A DNA stretch of 52,911 nucleotides, counting the filler, from Asterionella formosa (Eukaryota): NCBI GenBank assembly GCA_002256025.1. It is 4 parts of 4 records of this genome, joined end to end, with 100 filler letters (N's around TTAATTAATTAA, not from the genome) between each part and the next. Parts side by side here need not be neighbours in the genome. Positions count along the whole stretch, not along the records: positions 39,773 to 52,911 come from NKIB01006934.1; 3 more parts are not named here. One strand, written 5' to 3'. Position numbers and translations under genes: made by a program. Under the pieces are notes generated by a model that was given only the letters and a program-made list of their open reading frames with translations, was not told the DNA's origin and ran no database searches. This document shows, piece by piece, positions 39,773-51,601 of this stretch; position 1 is the stretch's first letter, and every line of letters begins with the position of its first letter.

Positions 39773-39950
39773 AGTAATAATGTACAGCATTGCTTATGTG
39801 AGCGATGCTGCTGCGTGCCGGTATGTACCAGGTACTGTATTCTATTAGTTGGTATTACCGGTTTATAATGATCATTCATACACCTACCTGTTTCGTGTCT
39901 TTTGCAAATGAGCGAAGGAATGATCATCCACTTTATTATTTTTTGTTCGC

Positions 39951-42900
39951 ATGTCATGTCATTCCATGGCTGAACTGATAACCATGATGAGTCAATCGAG
40001 TATCCTTACACCAGAAGAATCGGTGATGGCCTTGTCATTTGGAATAGAAACTGGAGTGTCTGAGGCTCAGCAGAAGAAGGACAACGATGACCACCTGGTG
40101 TCGCTTGTTGAGCCTGATTATGCTACGAGAACGCGAGGGGGCTTTTCAGTATCCGAGATCACAGAAGCAACCTGTAATGCTCGTGATGACAGCAAGGTGG
40201 AAATAATAATACCAGATTGGTTAGAAGACGACTATGACACTGAAGATGAAAGCTCTATCGAAGGAGACTCAAGAATCCCTTCAAAACAACAACACGAGTC
40301 GTTGTTGGAACAACTCCCTCCCGATGTGTCTGCACTCCTTCTAGCACATTTGCCAGTTCAAGATCTGCACTCTGTCGCCTTATGTTCCCGCACCATGTTC
40401 CAACAATCAAGGAGTAACGCTCTGTGGAAATCGAAATTTCTTGGACGATGGAATACAGACATTGTTCGAGAACAAGATGATTGGTGTTTAGCCTATCAAC
40501 GCGCCTACAAAAACAACCACGATCTTTGGATTACTCATTGGAATATTGTACTACCCATGGATGGAGATAGTCCCGGCAGATGCTGCGTTCCAGAATATGT
40601 AGAAAAGGAATTTGGGGATCGCGGTGACAAGCAATGGAGTCGGTACTGTCCCAGCTGCCGATATTCTCGTGACAATACGTTTCGATTGCCCCCCATGGTG
40701 CGAGACATGGAAGAAAAACAGCGATTGAGTACGGATATTTCAGATACCGTATATCAGGTTGAAGTTTCTGCTGCAGCACATGGATTGCTCCTGAATAGCA
40801 CACAAACATGCAGCAACATGACAACAACTCAAGCCCAGGCCACCTTTGCGTCTGCTCAATATTCTGTTGCCAAGTGGTGTCATAATGTAACGAAACATCC
40901 AAATGAATCCAACCATGCTGCAGTATCAATCAAGAAGCGTGCCGAACGAGCATTCAAAGCAGCATCGACATTTTATAGAACGATCGATTCGAAGCAATAT
41001 TCGTCCGACTCGCTGAACTTCCTTAAGGATTCCCTGTTTTTTGCAACGGGCGAATCCTTACTCAGCAGCTCTTTGGCATCTCAAGCGGAACTAGAGTCGA
41101 TGAAAAAGGAACTATATTTAAATGATAATATTACCGCTCCTGGAGTGACCAATACTGTGGCGCACCTTGGGCCTCACCACGAAAGTGCCCGGCACACTTG
41201 GCACGTGGTCCGATTTACGAATCCAGATTTTTGCAGACCCCTGACTTTTCGTATCTTCGTACAACGATGCGATTGCTTCACTGTGTATCCTTCGGAGGGT
41301 TATTTGGAACCAGGTGAGACTTGCCACATCGTCCTGGGTGTTCGCCTTTTGGGTAGTTTGATAGCCGAAGCATACGAAGCGATAAACGTCCAACGAGAAC
41401 AAGTTGACCCTTTTTTGGCCAATGTGTATGCGCACGAGGCCCACTTGCCATATGCTCCGTTTTCCGTGAGGTACATGTATGCACCCGTATCGCCCTGCAT
41501 TCCTCCTGCCTTTACGTCTCGGGGAGAGTCACGCCCCTCGCTAACAAGGCCAGCCATGCCACATGCTGCGATTTCAAAATACAAACATGTTATCGACTAT
41601 CTGTGGGAGCATGTGGCTACAGAAGTACTAGTAAGAACGCAGTATCTGTCGGCTCATGTGCATGCGAACTATCGATTCGAAGAGTTTCAATTAGCAAGCC
41701 TTTTCCCCTTTGACCTCGCCATTCGACCGACAGACAAATGGGGTCATCCTACTGCTTCATCGACCGCACTTGTTCATGTAGCGCCACAGTTGCAACACAG
41801 AAGTGCAAAATTGTTTGCAGCGATTAACAATACGAAATTAGAAACGGAATTTTCAGACCAGGGTGAATCGTATCGATCGGAGAAGAGTTGTCGCTTGTGC
41901 TCCACTGATTGGGGTGTTCGTTCGGAAGAACTCGGTCGCACTCACCTCCTTCAACTGCTGATATGCGAAGGCTACCGACGACATCGTCGACAGGAAATGG
42001 ATCGACTAATTTCGTTGATTCGAGTGGTGTACCGAATCGTACATGGAGCTTGTTGTGATTGGCATGACGTTTACAGGCTTCTGTATAAGCTGCACTGTCA
42101 GGTAGTGCAACGACGAGCTGTTCCTTTGCTTGGAAAGAAACAATGTCAAGCTTTATCGCAGTTGGAAATTACTTTGGACAGATTGTGTATCATTGTTCAT
42201 GGTAGATTGCGTGACCCTAACAGATCATTGCACGCTGAAAAGACTGCGTTTATCGGTCCAATTTGGTACTCCGAACCATGGCGAGAGGGTGGGGTCTATC
42301 GGCATCGATTGTGCACCGATTCTATCTACGGTGAGGTGGTCGAGTTACCGTCAGACCGAGCCGACGAATTTGAGCGCAAGGACGAGCCAGATGACTTGGA
42401 CTGGTTTCGTCGCCTATGCCATTCTCCGGGCAGATATTGCCTAGGTATTCAGCACGACCCGAATCATCGTGATGCAATCCCAATTTTCGACGCCATTTCA
42501 GAAAGAGCGCTTTACCCTTTTCTACCAAAGAACAGAGTGATTGGCACAGATGTTTTTATGGACGAGGCACTACTAGCTGTTGGTGGTGCCCTTTCCATGT
42601 TGAATTGCCCAAGGTCTTTGATTGTGCATGGGGTATTCGACCGAGTAAGAGGACCTGGCACCCTGATTAGATGTCCTGCTGCTACAACTCACTTATTTGA
42701 AAGAATTGGTCCAAGAATCGAGGAGAAATTGATCGACGATGCCTCGTCGCGTATTAAGAATTGGTCTTTGCCGCAGGGAAAGATTTCAAGTAATACCAAA
42801 TCTCGGCCCCATGTCGTGTGTGCAACCCATTATTGTTGCCTGGATTTTAGTGACTTGGATCCCGATGGGCATGAACTTTTGCACATCCAAAAATCAGGTT

Positions 42901-44396
42901 TTGAAAGCGTTGAGCACAAATCGTTCCTGCGAGACTATCTGGACAATGTGCCTCCTCTTGGTGTCGGTCAGTTCCCAATCAGTACTTTGGGGGAGGAAGG
43001 AAACATTTCAGTACTCACTTTGGCAAACTTTTCCTTTCTTGAACTTGATGATCAACGATCTCAAGAAAATGTCACTCGTGTCAACCACGGAAACCGTCAC
43101 CGTCATAATGATCGATTCAACCCATTGATCGTTGGGAACGGGAGGGGTCCTCGACTATTCAATCTCCTATGGACTCTTTCGGCTCATCTCGGATGGAATG
43201 TCGATGGAGAGCAGAGCGGTGAGGCATGTATCACGGTGGATCGGCGTTTTCTGATTGCCACTCAATGGGTTGCAAATTCTATTTCTATGCTACCTTTGCT
43301 CTTCACTCTCCTAGCTCGTGCCACCAATAGAATTACCATAAGACCAATCGAGTATCATCTGGAGGGATTGCCATACGATCTGGATAAAGAAATGAGATAT
43401 CTCTCCTCAACTGAATGTGCGATTGCAGCGATGGTGGTTTGCCACATTTGGTTACGCTTGGGACGTCATGCCGAAAGAAGGCTAGGACGCACTTACGAAC
43501 GAGCCATGCAAGAGCACATTTCGAAAGACTCAAGTCTCGGAAGTTTTGGTAGAATCACACGTTCTGTCGTGGATCATTGGCAACGTCGTTGGGATCGAGA
43601 TTGCCCCTTCTTTTTTCAATGTCTAATTTTTATGCCTAGATGGAATAAGCGAACATACAATGTTGTTCAAGCACATTTTTCGACCTACCGTAGCAAAGAC
43701 CTTCGCGAGCACAGGTCTTTGCTTGAAAGTGCTGCCTGTCGTGGAACGATGGACTTTGGAGGGAGTATACGAGATGGTAAGCCATCTGCAATCGTTGAAG
43801 AATCTTCATTTCAAAAGTTTATCACAGGTGGCTTGGTGGCCCTCGGAAGCTTTACTGCATGTTCCCCACATATCCTGTTGAACTTGATGATTGTGTTTGG
43901 TTCCAGCATTGGTCTGGGCATGAGCATGGCATTACAATTTATGGAAGCTGGACGAGGAATTCATTATGAATGTTTTCCGAACCAAAGATCAATCTTAACT
44001 CTTTTCTCCATGAACACTACTGTCATCGCTTTCTTCATGATGGGCCATATTGTTGGCAGCTCTGGAGGTATCTTGTTCCTTGCCGAGTTTATTGTTACAT
44101 CTGTTTCCCTAGTACTTGGAGGGGCCGGCACTATTTCAGCATCTGCAATTGAGTCCTGGGTATGCTTCGTTTGTCTTGCTTGGACTGCGTTTTGGGGCCA
44201 TCTGTTTGCAAGAGTTGCTCTTATGGATGGCATGAGACAAAAGCGAAGGGTAGCATCGTCAACGCTTCTTTTTTCATTATTAGTTGCTTTGTCATCATTG
44301 TTGATGATTTCGTTGTTGGCTTGGAAATGGAGTGTACCACCCGTCACGATGATTGTTCGCGATGTTCTGAAGAAGAGTGGGTATCGATCACGGAAG
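39951..44396 (+). CDS. Large F-box protein with an MSP/VAP-like Ig domain and C-terminal transmembrane helices; 3' end lost in a gap
   Basis: About 1480 open codons. F-box LLEQLPPDVSALLLAHLPVQDLHSVALCSRTMFQQSRSNALWK, MSP-like VVRFTNPDFCRPLTFRIFVQRCDCFTVYPSEGYLEPGETCHIVL, and several hydrophobic segments in the C-terminal third. Confidence 0.8.
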
Positions 44397-45324
44397 NNNN
44401 NNNNNNNNNNNNNNNNNNNNNNNNNNNNNNNNNNNNNNNNNNNNNNNNNNNNNNNNNNNNNNNNNNNNNNNNNNNNNNNNNNNNNNNNNNNNNNNNNNNN
44501 NNNNNNNNNNNNNNNNNNNNNNNNNNNNNNNNNNNNNNNNNNNNNNNNNNNNNNNNNNNNNNNNNNNNNNNNNNNNNNNNNNNNNNNNNNNNNNNNNNNN
44601 NNNNNNNNNNNNNNNNNNNNNNNNNNNNNNNNNNNNNNNNNNNNNNNNNNNNNNNNNNNNNNNNNNNNNNNNNNNNNNNNNNNNNNNNNNNNNNNNNNNN
44701 NNNNNNNNNNNNNNNNNNNNNNNNNNNNNNNNNNNNNNNNNNNNNNNNNNNNNNNNNNNNNNNNNNNNNNNNNNNNNNNNNNNNNNNNNNNNNNNNNNNN
44801 NNNNNNNNNNNNNNNNNNNNNNNNNNNNNNNNNNNNNNNNNNNNNNNNNNNNNNNNNNNNNNNNNNNNNNNNNNNNNNNNNNNNNNNNNNNNNNNNNNNN
44901 NNNNNNNNNNNNNNNNNNNNNNNNNNNNNNNNNNNNNNNNNNNNNNNNNNNNNNNNNNNNNNNNNNNNNNNNNNNNNNNNNNNNNNNNNNNNNNNNNNNN
45001 NNNNNNNNNNNNNNNNNNNNNNNNNNNNNNNNNNNNNNNNNNNNNNNNNNNNNNNNNNNNNNNNNNNNNNNNNNNNNNNNNNNNNNNNNNNNNNNNNNNN
45101 NNNNNNNNNNNNNNNNNNNNNNNNNNNNNNNNNNNNNNNNNNNNNNNNNNNNNNNNNNNNNNNNNNNNNNNNNNAATGTACTAGTATAATCAACTTTCAC
45201 TGGGTATATGTGATTGATTCAATCCTGTTCCTCCTTTATCAATCAACAGCACAACTCGTAGCCCTTTAGCGAGCTTTTTCAGAATCATTGTTAACCTTGA
45301 GTTCAAAAACTGCAATCGCCTCTT

Positions 45325-46733
45325 TCAACACTCTCCTCCATGGCTCAAATCGATAAGCACCGTGCAATTGTCGCACCGTGGATCCACGACATTTTTTCTC
45401 AATTCATTGTACAACCGACTCCAATTGGAACTCAACGTCAATATGTAGTATTTTGCCTCCATGGCGACCAACACTGATCCCAAAGCCCACAATCCTGGCT
45501 TGCCCTCCAAGTCTTGGGCAATATTCAAAACAACGTTGAATTCTGCCATGTTGAATGCACTCTTGGGTCGGGCAAGGCGATATGGTAGGAATTCCGTATA
45601 AAAGTGATCAATGTAGACATTCCAGCCTAGGTGTTGGCTTCTGTTTTCAAAATTCGTTACCGCGCTTGGATCCTCAGTGCATAGGAGTATATTAACTTCT
45701 TTCAGCTTGTGCTCGTCAACCACCTTTTGGATTTCAACAATGTACTCGTCGACATTAAAGAGTTTGGATTCAACGAACTTATCTCCCCATCGCATGTGAA
45801 CTAAAATAAGGTCGACAGGTACTTTTTTAAACTCAATCGTTCCGTTCTTGCCGAACACAGCCCTAGCCTGACGCTCTGCTTCGTCAACGACTAACGGCGA
45901 TACTTTAGAAAATAAAAACTCCATACTGGCGGCTCTCCAGGTGACAGTATCTTCATTGAATGTTGAACATCTGATTTGACTTTCCACAACACTCATATTG
46001 GCCCATTCACTAGTCTGCTCCAGCCCACAGGTTGGTTCTGCTCCTGGAAAGTAACAATCCAGTTGACTGGTATGAAACGGGTCTCCACATGCCTGATGAT
46101 CTATCCAGTCCCATGAGGGCGTATGCTGTGGTCGACGGTGATCGCGTTGTGGCACATGCGTTCTTATGCGATACCCTTTGTGCCGCATGCTTTCATTGAG
46201 GGCATACGACCAACATGCAATTCACTCCCTAGGCCCATGGCCCACGTTCGTAGCTCATACCGGATCCAGGGTATACTACAATTATGTTGGTGGTCGAAAA
46301 TGGTCTTGGCTTGCTCTGAGTATAGCTGAAGGTTCGTCCAGTCGTAGCTTAGTAGGAGAGATGGCGATTTGATTCCTTCCGTCGGACTGCTTGAGGGAGT
46401 AGAGCTTGGGCTAGCACTGGGTTGACTAGTAGGGCTGGGGTCCGGTTGAGCTCCTTCGGGCTTGGCGTCGTCCCTAGTACTTGCTTCGTTCCATGTTTTG
46501 TCTTCGTCAATGTTGCGATTCAAAATGTCCGATCTATGCCTTAATTCCTTGGCACCATCTACCGGTACAGAATTGGCATATCCTTCATTGCTTTCACGAT
46601 GAGCATCACTATCATTATTGATCGATTGGACGGATACAATTACCGTTTGGATCAGCGAAACGGTCCCTAAAAAAATCAGCATGACGACTAGACTGTTCAT
46701 GCTCCGCACTCGCTGATATATATTTCTCATCAT
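45325..46733 (-). CDS. FUT8/NodZ-like (GT23-type) fucosyltransferase, type II membrane protein; one apparent 1-nt frameshift at about 46212
   Basis: N-terminal TM segment and Ser/Pro-rich stem. Motifs GLGSELH, VHMRWGDK, LLCTEDP and LTLSSNWSRL. Adding one base joins ORFs 46164-46829 and 45325-46188 as ELHVWSYALNESMRHKGYRIRT. Confidence 0.78.
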
Positions 46734-47326
46734 CTTGCAACCGAACGTAGAGATGGCGGCTTGTGGATAAATGTGGGCGAAATAATGACTCCTCGTCGCC
46801 ATGGCTGGATCATCGGCACAGTAATGCATTGTAGGTAGAATGCGTGCCGGCCGTATGAAGCGAACAAAGACTACCGTACCGATATATCCAGTTCATGTCA
46901 CATATTTTTTATTATATATTCATCCATAAAGCTACATATAAATAAGAAGCACCACTGAATTTGGACACAAGAGGAAACAATATGTATGTACATAATATAG
47001 CAGCGCAGTTGAGGTAAAAGACGGTTAGCAATTATGACGATATTATTCTTAATTATATCATTCCTCTGGCTTTTTCTGTTTGTTCAAAATTACAAAACCA
47101 CAGCATATGGTACCAAGTACCAGGGGTACCACGTACCAGTGTGAAAGTACCGAGAAGAAGGGGGAAGATTGTTGCAAAACTCTTGTACACAATCCAACAT
47201 TCTGCCTTGCTTTGTATCCTGTCGTTGCAACATGTAAACTATATTCTTTCTCTGTCGATATTATTTACCCTCTGACATAGCATATTTTACCTTTCAGCAG
47301 TTCCTAGTCTACCATCAAGCATAGTC

Positions 47327-48229
47327 ATGGGCGACGGCGCTCCCACCGGTAACGAGCGAGTGGTCTTGACCGCCGATATTGGACCTGTCTCCCCATCGCC
47401 GAAAGAAATCCACCTATGCTTTCTCGGATGTGAGGACAAACCTCCGTATGGACCCACACATCATACGGCTCAACTGTTCCTTCTCCTTTTTGAATCTGCC
47501 GTCCTACAGGAGTATCCTCGCGATTCGTACCGAATACAGATATCTGTCTATCGTTGCCAACTATTCGATTACCCACCAGAGTATTCAACCTTCCATGGCA
47601 TTGTACTGCCCGGTAGTTTCTCGGGTGCCTACGAAGAGCATGACTGGATTGAACGACTGAAGCAGGAAATTGCTACTGTCATTTATCCACAATCCATCCC
47701 CACGTTGGGCATTTGCTTTGGTCATCAAGTTTATGCCCATGCGCTGGAGGGGGGAAAGGCAACAAAATGTCCAGCTGGGCCACAAGCGGGTTGTAGAACT
47801 TTTGATTGTACCGAGCTTGGAACAAGAACGTTTTTTAGAAGTGACGATGATGTTAGTAGGAATGCGTCACAGATTAAATTGCTGTACACTCATGGTGATA
47901 TGGTTGCGTCATTGCCATGGTGTGGCACATCGTTGGGTGGGAATGAGCATGTACCCATCCAAGCTGCCATGTACTACAATGCCAGCCATGACAAATCGCA
48001 CGAAAAACAAGCTGTCGCCGTCACTTTCCAAGCACACCCGGAATATGCTGGTTCGTCACTCGGGTATGAGGGCACTTTCATAAAGACTTTACACAAAATG
48101 GGAGACCGAGGAAGTGTGAAAGATTGCGAGCAAGCGGAACTAGATGCTTCGAATCATTTGTCGACCATTCAACGACAAAGCGTGAATGTCGTGATTGCGG
48201 CCGGAAGAGCTCTGGGTTGGTTTGAATAG
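47327..48229 (+). CDS. Class I glutamine amidotransferase-like protein
   Basis: Catalytic triad motifs LGICFGHQ and FQAHPE, plus GIVLPGS and THGDMV. Confidence 0.9.
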   Translation: MGDGAPTGNERVVLTADIGPVSPSPKEIHLCFLGCEDKPPYGPTHHTAQLFLLLFESAVLQEYPRDSYRIQISVYRCQLFDYPPEYSTFHGIVLPGSFSGAYEEHDWIERLKQEIATVIYPQSIPTLGICFGHQVYAHALEGGKATKCPAGPQAGCRTFDCTELGTRTFFRSDDDVSRNASQIKLLYTHGDMVASLPWCGTSLGGNEHVPIQAAMYYNASHDKSHEKQAVAVTFQAHPEYAGSSLGYEGTFIKTLHKMGDRGSVKDCEQAELDASNHLSTIQRQSVNVVIAAGRALGWFE

Positions 48230-48465
48230 GATGCTATAGTTTCGTAATGATTTAGAGATCTAAGTTTTTGTTGTTTCATTTGCATTATTTTACGGATGCG
48301 CTTGTTACCCTACCGCGCGTCACTCGCAACAAACAACGAATTCTACGGTGGGTCAGGCAACTAATCAATCATGTACTAGGATAACTTCTGTGTGTTACCA
48401 CCAGGACACTAGATATGCAATAGCTGCCACACACTGACGTCGTAAATGCAACGAAAATTGTCACC

Positions 48466-49110
48466 CTAACACGACAACAGCGACACCTCAAAAAATAGGA
48501 GCCCTCCTTTGCCAGCTCCAATATCCCTATTTCCATAACCAGCTTCTGGAGGTATGAACAAGTGTCGCTTCCCTCCTTGTCTCATTCCTCCCATTCCAAT
48601 ATCCCAGCCTTCAATGACTTCTCCTTTTCCCACGCGAAATCCAAAATCATTGGAAGCATCTATTATTTTCCCCTTGGCATTTGCTTTCCGTAATGTGTAT
48701 TTGACATGGCACTTTTGGCGATCTTGCAGGACAGGTCCCTTTCCTAGAAGTATGTCTTGGTATTGTACACCTTTACGACACGTGACCACGTCATATTGCG
48801 GGGACGCTTCTGGTTTTGAATTTTCGGCGCGCTCCTGGATTCGAACTTTGTCTTGATTGGCTCGTTCCTGTGCCTTGGCTTTCTTACGCTCCTTGCGTTC
48901 TTGCTTTTTCAAACGTAACTTGTTTATTTTAGTATCCATGTCACCTTTTGGAGTGTCTGACAGATCCACTCTGCTGCTGCCATGCTCTTCGCTCTCGTCC
49001 TTACTACTAGTGGCATCCTCGTCATCGTGGTCGACCTTGGACCTTTTGGCCACATGCGATTGCTCTAGTGTATCGTCAAAGTCGTCATCCTTCCTTGCTC
49101 TACGTCCCAT
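48466..49110 (-). CDS. FKBP-type peptidyl-prolyl isomerase with a charged N-terminal extension (nuclear/nucleolar type)
   Basis: C-terminal FRVGKGEVIEGWDIGMGGMRQGGKRHLFIPPEAGYG...LLFFEVSLL; acidic then Lys/Arg-rich N-terminus. Confidence 0.9.
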   Translation of the reverse strand: MGRRARKDDDFDDTLEQSHVAKRSKVDHDDEDATSSKDESEEHGSSRVDLSDTPKGDMDTKINKLRLKKQERKERKKAKAQERANQDKVRIQERAENSKPEASPQYDVVTCRKGVQYQDILLGKGPVLQDRQKCHVKYTLRKANAKGKIIDASNDFGFRVGKGEVIEGWDIGMGGMRQGGKRHLFIPPEAGYGNRDIGAGKGGLLFFEVSLLSC

Positions 49111-49882
49111 GATAGATTAACCAAAACAACAATTGATGGCTGGATTGATATACCTTAAGGTGTTGCCAATGTTGTAATACTTTTAATAGTAAACAAGAAA
49201 CACCAACGTTACCGCTATTCGCCCACCACGGTGAGATGATTTATATTTCTGCCACAACAGAAAAAAACCGGAAACAGATGATGTGCAATGGGTCCATAAA
49301 TATTGTTTTTATTTTCACGCGTGTCGCTTCCAGTAAGTACCAGTACCTTAGTACATACCCGGTAGTTGTTTTGTTATTCTACAGTGCCTGGGTGATGGTC
49401 AGACGACGACAGTAGATATCGGTACTTGCAGGTATAATCCAGATAAATGCTATGAACTGCATATNNNNNNNNNNNNNNNNNNNNNNNNNNNNNNNNNNNN
49501 NNNNNNNNNNNNNNNNNNNNNNNNNNNNNNNNNNNNNNNNNNNNNNNNNNNNNNNNNNNNNNNNNNNNNNNNNNNNNNNNNNNNNNNNNNNNNNNNNNNN
49601 NNNNNNNNNNNNNNNNNNNNNNNNNNNNNNNNNNNNNNNNNNNNNNNNNNNNNNNNNNNNNNNNNNNNNNNNNNNNNNNNNNNNNNNNNNNNNNNNNNNN
49701 NNNNNNNNNNNNNNNNNNNNNNNNNNNNNNNNNNNNNNNNNNNNNNNNNNNNNNNNNNNNNNNNNNNNNNNNNNNNNNNNNNNNNNNNNNNNNNNNNNNN
49801 NNNNNNNNNNNNNNNNNNNNNNNNNNNNNNNNNNNNNNNNNNNNNNNNNNNNNNNNNNNNNNNNNNNNNNNNNNAAAAAATT

Positions 49883-49943
49883 TCTTTGGATGGTTGAGTG
49901 GAATTTTTAAATTCCGGTTGTTTGTTTGTTGCTGAAAGCAACA
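49883..49943 (-). promoter_or_regulatory. Histone H2A 3' stem-loop region
   Basis: Minus strand: TGTTGCT-TTC-AGCAACA hairpin, then AACAAACAACC, then the 16-nt GGAATT-TAAA-AATTCC hairpin (49915-49900), then ACTCAACCATCCAAAGA. Confidence 0.6.
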
Positions 49944-49969
49944 TGGTTGAGAGCGGACGCTCAAAACAT

Positions 49970-50353
49970 TTATTTCTTAATTGTTTCAGTCTTCTTTGGA
50001 AGAAGGACAGCGTGAATGTTGGGAAGGACACCTCCAGAGGCAATGGTGACTCCTCCGAGAAGCTTGTTCAACTCTTCATCGTTCTTGACGGCGAGGGTAA
50101 TGTGACGAGGCACAATACGGCTCTTCTTGTTATCACGGGCGGCGTTTCCGGCCAGCTCAAGAATCTCGGCGCAGAGGTATTCAAGGACTGCAGCAAGGTA
50201 GACGGGGGCACCGGCTCCCATTCGGGTGGCATACTTGCCCTGACGCAAGTAACGTCCGATACGACCGACTGGGAACTGAAGACCAGCCTTGGCAGAAGCG
50301 GTGGTGGACTTCTTCTCTCCACGGCCTCCCTTTCCTTTTCCTTTTCCAGTCAT
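49970..50353 (-). CDS. H2A: Histone H2A (canonical type, no SQ motif)
   Basis: [39 protein letters not shown] and GGVLPNIH; intronless. Confidence 0.98.
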   Translation of the reverse strand: MTGKGKGKGGRGEKKSTTASAKAGLQFPVGRIGRYLRQGKYATRMGAGAPVYLAAVLEYLCAEILELAGNAARDNKKSRIVPRHITLAVKNDEELNKLLGGVTIASGGVLPNIHAVLLPKKTETIKK

Positions 50354-50792
50354 GATTGCGTTTGGAGTGTTTTTAATTATTAGCTTGACGCTGATCGAAT
50401 TGTGTGCTCAAGCTCACAGCGCTACTTCGGTTCTTAGTCTTGTTTGACACTTGTTCACCGCGCCAGGTTTTGAAAAAGTTGGGAGTGGATTTTCAGAAAC
50501 CTCTCAAGCGTTCCTTCTTGGTTTTGCCTTTTTGTGCTGTCGTAAAATTCTAGTGCACCCAATTTTCTTTGAGCCACCTACCAATTCCAAAAACTCACAG
50601 GAAAGTGTGTTGCAAAACAACCCGGAAAATGAAGAACAGCTGGCGCGCTCAAGGTTAGTGTTAATGGATTGAATTTATTTGCTATAAAAGGATGTAGAGT
50701 ATTGGAAGCACTACTTTCACCTGATTCAGCAACGATGCGGCAAATTCCATCTAAATGCTTACAATTTTCGATAGACGACTTAAGGTTTCAAC
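50354..50792. promoter_or_regulatory. Bidirectional H2A/H2B promoter
   Basis: 439-bp spacer between divergent ATGs. TATAAAAG near 50683. CTGGCGCG occurs once on each strand (50459-50466 minus, 50640-50647 plus). Confidence 0.7.
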
Positions 50793-51231
50793 ATGGCCAA
50801 GACACCATCCAAGCAATCCGCCAAGGCACCTAAGAAGGCCTCCACCGGCAAGAAGGGAAAGAAGCGCACTGAATCGTATTCTTCTTACATCTACAAGGTC
50901 CTCAAGCAGGTGCACCCTGACACTGGTATCTCCAAGAAGGGCATGTCCATCATGAACTCCTTCATCAACGATATCTTCGAGCGAATTGCCACCGAGGCTG
51001 GAAAGCTTGCCACCTACAACAAGAAGGCAACCCTTTCGTCCCGCGAAATCCAGACTGCTGTTCGTCTTATGCTTCCTGGTGGTACGTTGGAATTATGCTT
51101 TGCTTCGTTGCGTATTTCTTTATTCTATCGATATCATGTACTAACATTTTGTATGCGTCAACTCAACAGAGCTCGCCAAGCATGCTGTCTCTGAGGGAAC
51201 CAAGGCTGTTACCAAGTTCAGCAGTGCCTAA
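50793..51231 (+). CDS. H2B: Histone H2B; exons 50793-51081 and 51170-51231
   Basis: [21 protein letters not shown]...[33 protein letters not shown]. An 88-nt intron GTACGT...TACTAAC...CAG lies at 51082-51169. Confidence 0.98.
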
Positions 51232-51248
51232 AACAATAGTACCCAAAC

Positions 51249-51312
51249 TGTTGCTCTTTTGAGCATACCAAACAACCGGACAATCCAAAATTGTCCACCC
51301 AATCATCAAAGA
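51249..51312 (+). promoter_or_regulatory. Histone H2B 3' stem-loop region
   Basis: TGTTGCTC-TTTT-GAGCA hairpin, then TACCAAACAACC, then GGACAAT-CCAAA-ATTGTCC hairpin (51278-51296), then ACCCAATCATCAAAGA. Confidence 0.6.
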
Positions 51313-51601
51313 CCAACTTGACGTCTCAGCTTTTCTACTAGACACTGCTCCTTCTTGAACAGATATTGTTATAAACTGGCCATTGGAATAGTAGGCAGTG
51401 CACTGTATCTAAATCATGTACAATAGATTGGAAGCATACATTAATGATTGCAGTTTTGTCTAGCGGTCTGTTTTCCAAGAATATACCGGTAGTTTGCCTC
51501 GTTGATCAAATTTACTACTTCGCTAGTAATTATCGACGTAAATTTGTTTCACCAACTCATTACAAAAGCTATTGGAACTGTTGAGTACCTTTATAGGAAT
51601 T

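Noticed and set aside
44397..45269. 1772-aa ORF and other ORFs running through N stretches
   Set aside because: Lengths are inflated by undefined bases; only the sequenced portions are supportable.
7574..51231. Functional cluster of chromatin and growth genes (SIRT6, SMC2, RAPTOR, FKBP, histones)
   Set aside because: No shared regulatory signature, the genes are separated by gaps of uncertain adjacency, and such genes are common enough to co-occur by chance.
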